Positions 58,248 to 64,000 of a DNA stretch of 64,000 bases are shown piece after piece (within the stretch, counting starts at the first letter, position 1; every line of letters starts with the position of its first letter). This DNA comes from Candidatus Saccharicenans subterraneus (GTDB lineage: Bacteria > Acidobacteriota > Aminicenantia > Aminicenantales > Saccharicenantaceae). The stretch lies in assembly GCA_003426165.1 (NCBI GenBank), contig QUAH01000003.1, positions 43,525 to 107,524 of the forward strand, in the 5' to 3' direction. Below the pieces are notes generated by a model, which was not told the origin of the DNA, ran no database searches, and saw nothing but the letters and a program-made list of their open reading frames with translations. The translations under genes were made by a program, and so were the position numbers.

Positions 58248-59376
58248 GGTAGAAGCCGGTTCCCCTGGCAATAACTTCGGCGTAGCGTGGAACATTTTCC
58301 ATCTGGATTGGCCGCTCGGGGTGGAGTTCGGTCCAGACCTTGAAAATCTGGATGATCGAGGACAGGTGGCGGCCTACCCGGACGTCTATCGGCCAGCCGT
58401 TCTCATCCAGCTTTTCAAACAGCAGGCCGTGGCGGCCGGCCTTCATCACGAATTCATCCTTTCCGGTCAGAAGAAGGGCCCGGTCGGTCCGGCCCCGGGT
58501 GGCATCCAGGAAGGGTTCTGGCGTCTCCAGCAGAAGGGGGATGGCCTGGGTGTGGTCGCCTATTTCCCGGTGGGACAGGCCGCGCAGCGCCACCGGGGAG
58601 TATTCAACCCCGATGTTGAAACCCTCCTCGCCGCTGATCATCATCGAGGCCAGGGCGGCCAGGTCTTCACCCTTCTGGTGGGCCACGATGGTGCTGATCA
58701 CCGGGTACTGCAGCTCGGCCTCGTGCAGGTCGATGACCAGGTCGATCTTTTCCTTGATTATCAACTGGGTCATGGCATAGCAGGTCTTCTCGGTCATGGT
58801 GCCGTCGGGACGTCCGGGCCAGGTGCGGTTCTGGTTCCTGATATCCATGTAGGCCAGCTGCTGTCTGGAAGGATAATGAATGTAGACCTCGGGGTCAGGC
58901 CACTGGTCGAGCGGGTTGGACCAGCGGTCACCCTGCCTGAATTTCTGTCGGCCCCAGGGCGTTGGTATTTCGTAATCGGGAGGATAGGCCCCGCCAGGCC
59001 TGGTGGAGGTAGAAGCGCTGGGATTGGCTGACAGGATGACAAAGAGGCGCCCCCTTTCTAACCTGGCGTTTTCCACCAGCAGCCAGGCGGCCAGGCGACC
59101 GGCCGGCTCTTCCGCATGGGAACCACCCAGGACCAGGGCGGCCCCGTCAGCAGAACCGGTAGTTCCCTTCCCCAGGATGTAAACGCTGGCATCGTTGATG
59201 CGGCCTCTCAGGCCAGGAAAGTAGTGGCTGAGCTTTCTAACTTCCAGAAGTCCATCGCCAGCCACCACCGGCTCTTTCAGGTGCCGGCTCCGGTAAAAGC
59301 TCAGGCCAGAGAACAGAAAAACCAGCAAGAAAGCCGCCGTGAAAATCGCTTTTCGCCTGATGAGTTGGTTTTTCAT
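58201..59376 (-). CDS. M14-like zinc hydrolase of the succinylglutamate-desuccinylase/aspartoacylase (AstE/AspA) type, secreted
   Basis: 391 aa. N-terminal anchor. GGSHAEEPAG (HxxE Zn ligands) and LVIDLHEAE (third His). GAGG RBS. Its 3' end overlaps the converging gene by 47 nt. Confidence 0.5.
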   Translation of the reverse strand: MKNQLIRRKAIFTAAFLLVFLFSGLSFYRSRHLKEPVVAGDGLLEVRKLSHYFPGLRGRINDASVYILGKGTTGSADGAALVLGGSHAEEPAGRLAAWLLVENARLERGRLFVILSANPSASTSTRPGGAYPPDYEIPTPWGRQKFRQGDRWSNPLDQWPDPEVYIHYPSRQQLAYMDIRNQNRTWPGRPDGTMTEKTCYAMTQLIIKEKIDLVIDLHEAELQYPVISTIVAHQKGEDLAALASMMISGEEGFNIGVEYSPVALRGLSHREIGDHTQAIPLLLETPEPFLDATRGRTDRALLLTGKDEFVMKAGRHGLLFEKLDENGWPIDVRVGRHLSSIIQIFKVWTELHPERPIQMENVPRYAEVIARGTGFYLKNPDLAPAGRLFYE

Positions 59377-59383
59377 GCAGACC

Positions 59384-59539
59384 TCATTTCAACCGGAAAA
59401 GGCGCAGGAGAAACGGCAACAGGACTATCAGGTAAAGAACCTCGCTCTGCCAGTTCCTGGACCGCCTGAAGTTCCATATAAAGCAGGCGGCGAAAAAAGC
59501 CACCATCAGGTAATAGAGAAATGTGATGAAAGCGGCCAT
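59384..59539 (-). CDS. 51-aa hydrophobic micro-protein (single/double TM)
   Basis: My own translation: MAAFITFLYYLMVAFFAACFIWNFRRSRNWQSEVLYLIVLLPFLLRLFRLK. GGAGACAGGA RBS. Not in the ORF track (under 60 aa). Lies between the permease and the M14 genes. Confidence 0.35.
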   Translation of the reverse strand: MAAFITFLYYLMVAFFAACFIWNFRRSRNWQSEVLYLIVLLPFLLRLFRLK

Positions 59540-59548
59540 TCCTGTCTC

Positions 59549-60841
59549 CTAAAAAAGCGTCAGGAAAGAAAGTTTCTTGCTGAAAATAACCATCAGCGTT
59601 CCCAGCAGGGCGATGATGGCAGCCGGGACCAGGCACATCTTCAGGAAAGTCGAGTAACGCTCTTTGACTCCGACTGTATCCATGGTCAGGCGCCCGATGA
59701 TGGCCGTTGGGGGCAGGGCATCGCCCAGCGGCCAGATAATACTCATCCCGGCCAGGGCTACCACCGGGTCCAGCCCCCGTGTGTTAAAGAGGAGGACCAG
59801 GGGCACTCCCAGGACCGGGGCCGCTCCCCACATCAACACGGCTTCGGACAGGGGAAGGGTCAGGAAAAGAGAGGCAATGACCACGGCTGCCGGCAGGGTG
59901 ACGACGGAAACCGAGATTAAACCCCTGACCCCGGTTAAGGTCATGACCTGGACCAGGACTCCCACGCAGGTCAGGGTGCCCACCAGGGGCAGCAGCTGTT
60001 CGGCCGTGGCCAGTGAGGTCTTCCATATGTTCAACCTGACCGGAGAAACCAGGACGGCCACAACCGCGGTCAGGGCAAAAATCAACGGCAGGCCCAGGAT
60101 GGGGAAGCTGAACGGAAAAATCCTTCCGGCCAGGACCAGGACCAGGAAGGCGGCAAAGGGCAGTCCCAGCCGCCACCAGTTCATCCTTTCGGGCGGAACC
60201 GGAAGTTCGGCCAGGGCTTTTTCGAGGTCGACCGGCCTGGCCTTGCGGCCCAGGATAAATATGGTCAACAGAGCTCCGAGGACACAGGGGATAAGAAGCG
60301 GCAGAAAAAAGCCAACGTAGGGCATGTTGATGCCGGCCGCGGTCAGCATGGCCCACAGGCTGACCGGCGGGGCCGCGGCGCTGAGTCCGGCTATCAAAAA
60401 AATGATGGCGGCCACCCTGACTTCACTCAGGCCGGTGTATTTCAGGACCACGGCCACCAGCGAGCCAGTTATCAGGACGGTGACGCTGCCGGCACCGGTC
60501 AGGGCACCTGGAATTAACAGCAAGAAAACCAGGAGCAAAAAGAGCATGAACCGGCGGCGATGAAATTTTTTCAGGATGGCCCGGACGGCAAAGGCCACTC
60601 CTCCGGCTTCTTTCAGCAGGTTCATGAACAGCGTGGCCGTCAGGAAGATCAGGCAGATGTCCAGGTAGGTGATGGCCCCCTCGGCCAGGTGCCGGACCGG
60701 AAGTCCATAGCCCCCGGCCAGGGCTCCGGCCACCGCGGCCAGGAACAACGATAGTTCGGTGGAGACCTTTAATATTTTGGCCAGCGCGTAAGCGGCCACC
60801 ATTACCGACAGGATGAGAAGAGCGCTCTGGGTTGGGGACAC
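59549..60841 (-). CDS. DctM-like (TRAP-type large permease family) membrane transporter
   Basis: 430 aa with 12+ TM segments. The GG..FAV.....GAGSV......AAAPPVS pattern resembles DctM. GTG start with an AAGGAG RBS. No DctP or DctQ gene is nearby. Confidence 0.45.
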   Translation of the reverse strand: MSPTQSALLILSVMVAAYALAKILKVSTELSLFLAAVAGALAGGYGLPVRHLAEGAITYLDICLIFLTATLFMNLLKEAGGVAFAVRAILKKFHRRRFMLFLLLVFLLLIPGALTGAGSVTVLITGSLVAVVLKYTGLSEVRVAAIIFLIAGLSAAAPPVSLWAMLTAAGINMPYVGFFLPLLIPCVLGALLTIFILGRKARPVDLEKALAELPVPPERMNWWRLGLPFAAFLVLVLAGRIFPFSFPILGLPLIFALTAVVAVLVSPVRLNIWKTSLATAEQLLPLVGTLTCVGVLVQVMTLTGVRGLISVSVVTLPAAVVIASLFLTLPLSEAVLMWGAAPVLGVPLVLLFNTRGLDPVVALAGMSIIWPLGDALPPTAIIGRLTMDTVGVKERYSTFLKMCLVPAAIIALLGTLMVIFSKKLSFLTLF

Positions 60842-60866
60842 TCCTGGTTATCTCCTTCCGGCCCGG

Positions 60867-61478
60867 TTAATATCTCCGGCTGTCGACGATGATCCTGGAA
60901 ATGGCATTGTAGCTCTGCAGGGTGTTTTTCTGCTGGAAAAGGGCTCTTTCCACGATCAGGGTTCCGAGGGGATAGTCGTCCCAGCGGTAAATCCCCACGT
61001 CGGTTTGATTCCCGGTTATGGTCACCAGTTCTTTTGCTCCATGACTGACCCTGGGCAGCTTGAGCTGGTCGAGTACCAGGTTCAGTGATTCCGGGTCTTC
61101 TATGGTGAAGGTCCGGCCGTTGGGGTCCATGACCAGCTTGAGCTCGGGCGGAGCGGGCACAGTTGAGTTGCGGTCCAGCTGGTCGCCGCTGATGAAGGTG
61201 TAGATTGTCCGGTGCGAGTAAATGGTATCCGACTCGGAAACGGTATAGTAATATTCGGGAATGTTGGGCGGGAAGAGGTCGTTCTTGATGGCCTTGAAGC
61301 TCAGGACCGTCAATCTGGTGGTCTGGAGATAGCCCAGGATTATTCCCAGCAGGACAATGAAGACGATGGTGCGGACCAGGCTTTCGGTATGGCCCCGGAA
61401 CAGGATGTAAATCAGCCAGATGACATTGATGGCCAGAAGGGCGGTTACAATGTTGATGGCCAGTGAAGTGGAAATCAT
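60867..61478 (-). CDS. hypothetical membrane protein (2 N-terminal TM plus extracytoplasmic domain)
   Basis: 203 aa. RBS GAGGCAGGTGA. First gene of the minus-strand operon. Confidence 0.45.
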   Translation of the reverse strand: MISTSLAINIVTALLAINVIWLIYILFRGHTESLVRTIVFIVLLGIILGYLQTTRLTVLSFKAIKNDLFPPNIPEYYYTVSESDTIYSHRTIYTFISGDQLDRNSTVPAPPELKLVMDPNGRTFTIEDPESLNLVLDQLKLPRVSHGAKELVTITGNQTDVGIYRWDDYPLGTLIVERALFQQKNTLQSYNAISRIIVDSRRY

Positions 61479-61630
61479 ATTTTCACCTGCCTCTCTTTAT
61501 TGAATTTTAGCAAAATCAGTATCAAATTTACATAGCGGGTCCAGGGCAGAAACTTTTCTTTTGCAAATTCGTTCTATAGTTTATAGAATTCTTTACTTGG
61601 TTTATATCCTATTGCTCAAAGGAGTCGGAC

Positions 61631-63712
61631 ATGAAAAAACATCTGGCGGCCCTGCTGGTTCTGTTGTTCCTGGTTTCGGCAGCCCTGGCCCAGCCCCAGG
61701 AAAAGCTGCCGAGAACTCTGCTGTCGCTCAGGTTGCTCCAGGATATTATCAACGAGGCCAACGGAGAGCTGGCCCTGCAGAATGAAATCTATCTCACTGC
61801 GGTCAACCGCAACCGGAAAGCCGAAGAGTACGCCACCGGCTATTTTGAGACCGGGTTCATCCTGGAAAAACTCAAAGAGTACGGCTACGATGAAGCCCAG
61901 GTCCTGGAGCTGCCCTCCCGCGACCAGACCGTCTGGGATGCCGAGGAAGCCGAGCTGTGGATGGTGGAGCCGGTAAAAAAGAAGATTGCTGACCTCAAAG
62001 AAATTCCAGCGGTCCTCTGCTCGGGCAGCGCCTCGACTGACGTAACAGCCGAGCTGGTGGAAGTGGGGCCCGGCTTCAGCGAGGACCACTATAAAAACAA
62101 GGATGTTAAAGGAAAGATTGTTCTCGTCTACGGCTCTCCTGAGGCGGCCAGGCGCCTGGCCGTGGAAAAATTCGGGGCGGTCGGCCTTATCGGCTGCTCT
62201 TCCAGCCACCCGGAATTTGACAGGGATCAAATTGGCTGGAGTTCCATCAGGGTTGGACCCAAGGACAAGCCGACCTTCGCCTTCATGGTGTCGGAGAGAA
62301 CATATTTTGACCTGAAGATGGCCCTGGAAAGGAAAACCAGGATTGTGCTCAGGGCCCTGGTCAAGACCCAGCGGGTTCCGGCCAGGGAAGAGATGGCCGT
62401 CGGGTTGATAAAAGGAGCGGAAAAACCGGAAGAAGAACTGGTCCTGACCGCACATCTTTTTGAAGGCTATGCCAAGCAGGGGGCCAACGATGATGCTTCA
62501 GGCTGCGTGGCCATCCTGGAGGCCGGTCGGGTTCTTAAGAAGATGATGGCCGACGGGACCATCCCGCCGCTTAAAAGGTCAGTTCGCTTTCTCTTCGTTC
62601 CGGAGATTTCGGGCACCAGGGCCTATATCCAGAAATATCCTGAGGTAGCCCGCCGGTTTTTTGCCAACATCAACGAAGACATGGTGGGTGAGGCCCTGGT
62701 CAAGAACCTGAGCGCCTTCCGCCTTGAAGTCACTCCATATTCTCTGCCAACTTACCTCAACGACGTGGTAGCCTCTTTCGTCGAGTGGATGGGGGCCAGC
62801 CAGCGCATTTCCCAGGACGGGGGCTGGAAGGAACTGGCCGTTCTCTCGCCGGCCGGAAGCCGCGACCCCTTCTATTATTCCATCGACCCCTATTCCGGCG
62901 GCAGCGACCATATCGTTTTCATAGACGGAGCGGTTAAAGTTCCGGCCGTGATGTTCATCTGCTGGCCGGACATGTGGTACCACACCAGCGGCGACCTGCC
63001 CGATAAATCCGACTCCACCCAGCTAAAGAGAGTGGTCACACTGACCGTGGCTTCGGCTATTTTCCTGGCCAACGCCGGTCCGGAAGAAGCCCGGGCCATC
63101 CTGAACGAAGTCAGTGCCAGGAGCCTGGGACGCCTTGGCCGGGAAAAAGGTCGGGCCATCGAGATGATCATGAAGGCCGAGAGTAAGGGCCTGGCTGCGG
63201 CCAGGAAAGAAGCGGTTAATATTCTGCGGCAGGCGGTCGCCCGGGAAAAAGAAGCCCTGGAGTCGGCCAGGTTTTTCGCCGGGAACGATCGCCAATTTAC
63301 CTCCCTGCTGGCGGCCAAGCTTAACACCCTGGACCAGTTCCAGGTGGCCGGGCTCAATGAACTGGAGGAGCTGTACCGGCAGGGCTGCCAGCGGCATGGC
63401 CTGAAACCGGAAAAGCTGACCCTGACCCCTGATGAAGTGAGGTTGAGCCGGGTGGTCCCGGTCAGAAAACCGGCGGCCGGCGAAGGCGATCCCTGGATGG
63501 TGCTCATGAGACTGAGGGAAATGAACCTTCAGCTCTCGCCGCTGATTTACCGGGCGGAGTTTGAACTGCGCAATTTTATAGACGGGAAAAAATCCATACT
63601 CGATATCCGTAATGCGGCTTCAGCCGAGTACGACCCGCTTCCTCTGCTGGACGTGGAAAAATATTTCCAGGCCCTGGAAAAGGCCGGAATGGTGGAACTT
63701 AAAAAGAAGTAG
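61631..63712 (+). CDS. M28 family metallopeptidase with PA domain and C-terminal extension
   Basis: 693 aa. Signal peptide. NDDASGCVAILEAGR Zn-ligand block. AAGGAG RBS. Confidence 0.75.
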   Translation: MKKHLAALLVLLFLVSAALAQPQEKLPRTLLSLRLLQDIINEANGELALQNEIYLTAVNRNRKAEEYATGYFETGFILEKLKEYGYDEAQVLELPSRDQTVWDAEEAELWMVEPVKKKIADLKEIPAVLCSGSASTDVTAELVEVGPGFSEDHYKNKDVKGKIVLVYGSPEAARRLAVEKFGAVGLIGCSSSHPEFDRDQIGWSSIRVGPKDKPTFAFMVSERTYFDLKMALERKTRIVLRALVKTQRVPAREEMAVGLIKGAEKPEEELVLTAHLFEGYAKQGANDDASGCVAILEAGRVLKKMMADGTIPPLKRSVRFLFVPEISGTRAYIQKYPEVARRFFANINEDMVGEALVKNLSAFRLEVTPYSLPTYLNDVVASFVEWMGASQRISQDGGWKELAVLSPAGSRDPFYYSIDPYSGGSDHIVFIDGAVKVPAVMFICWPDMWYHTSGDLPDKSDSTQLKRVVTLTVASAIFLANAGPEEARAILNEVSARSLGRLGREKGRAIEMIMKAESKGLAAARKEAVNILRQAVAREKEALESARFFAGNDRQFTSLLAAKLNTLDQFQVAGLNELEELYRQGCQRHGLKPEKLTLTPDEVRLSRVVPVRKPAAGEGDPWMVLMRLREMNLQLSPLIYRAEFELRNFIDGKKSILDIRNAASAEYDPLPLLDVEKYFQALEKAGMVELKKK

Positions 63713-63782
63713 CCGGCAGCAACCGACCCCGCCACCATTTAAGGCGGGGGTGACTGCCCGGGCTAAGAACGGGTAGCCGGTT

Positions 63783-64000
63783 TTATTTGCCGTAAATCTT
63801 GCGCAGTTCCTCCACCAGGTCCATATTTTTTTCTACTTCGACCAATGGTATGTTCTTGCTCCTGGCTATGGTGGTGAAACGACCGTCGGAGTTGCCCTCC
63901 TTGTTGACCAGGAGAAGGTCCGACTGGGGAGCCACGGCGTCGATGCTTTGCTCATCGGTGGTGTCGCCGGCCGCTGCTCCCTGGGCTCTTCTCTTCATTC
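63783..64000 (-). CDS. 3' end of an unidentified gene (start beyond window end)
   Basis: Open frame ending ...NIPLVEVEKNMDLVEELRKIYGK stop at 63783 and continuing past 64000. Function not recognised. Confidence 0.35.
   Translation of the reverse strand, partial: MKRRAQGAAAGDTTDEQSIDAVAPQSDLLLVNKEGNSDGRFTTIARSKNIPLVEVEKNMDLVEELRKIYGK

Noticed and set aside
1-64000. CRISPR arrays, tRNA/rRNA genes, IS elements, integrases, prophage remnants
   Set aside because: I found no regularly spaced direct repeats, no tRNA-like acceptor/T-arm signatures, and no transposase or integrase-like ORFs. The only compositional island (52836-53351) lacks terminal repeats or mobility genes.

Overview
This is a 64 kb chromosomal segment from a high-GC (about 58-60 %) Gram-negative-type (diderm) bacterium, probably an uncultivated lineage. 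Genes are densely packed, ribosome-binding sites are strong GGAGG-type, and TTG/GTG starts are used. I saw no rRNA, tRNA, CRISPR array, transposase or integrase.

In order along the window:
- a partial glucose-6-phosphate isomerase that runs off the 5' edge, an amidase, an MFS transporter and a YjbQ-family protein;
- an anaerobic deoxynucleotide supply operon (nrdD, a glutaredoxin-like gene, nrdG, dut) with a clear promoter;
- a CBS-pair protein and an ACT-domain malic enzyme;
- an MdtABC-like efflux operon with one periplasmic adaptor and two tandem RND permeases;
- a 1059-aa secreted adhesin-like protein (beta-propeller repeats, two InlB-B-repeat-like domains, a CARDB-like C-terminus) followed by a predicted outer-membrane beta-barrel;
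- a membrane protein with a degenerate HD-like domain next to a DUF429-like nuclease-fold gene;
- a neighbourhood rich in glycan- and peptide-degrading enzymes (DUF5916, TudS-like DUF523/DUF1722, BNR sialidase-like, M55, GH172/DUF2961, PHP metallohydrolase, M19 dipeptidase) mixed with a Kef-type antiporter, OsmC, PAP2, an SDR epimerase, a lipid kinase and two paralogous small OMP barrels;
- a substrate-binding protein / histidine kinase / sigma-54 activator module, followed by an orphan receiver and a DUF89 gene;
- a roughly 500-bp low-GC island carrying a textbook sigma-54 promoter that drives a short, structured, terminator-bounded transcript;
- a poly-gamma-glutamate synthesis locus (pgsB, pgsC, a third membrane-anchored protein) that converges on an operon encoding an M14-like zinc hydrolase, a 51-aa membrane micro-protein and a DctM-like permease, flanked by PepP and M28 peptidases.

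The most interesting candidates are the sigma-54-controlled small transcript with its likely regulators and the non-Bacillus poly-gamma-glutamate locus with its convergent hydrolase/transporter operon. Every functional call comes from reading motifs by eye; no database search was run.
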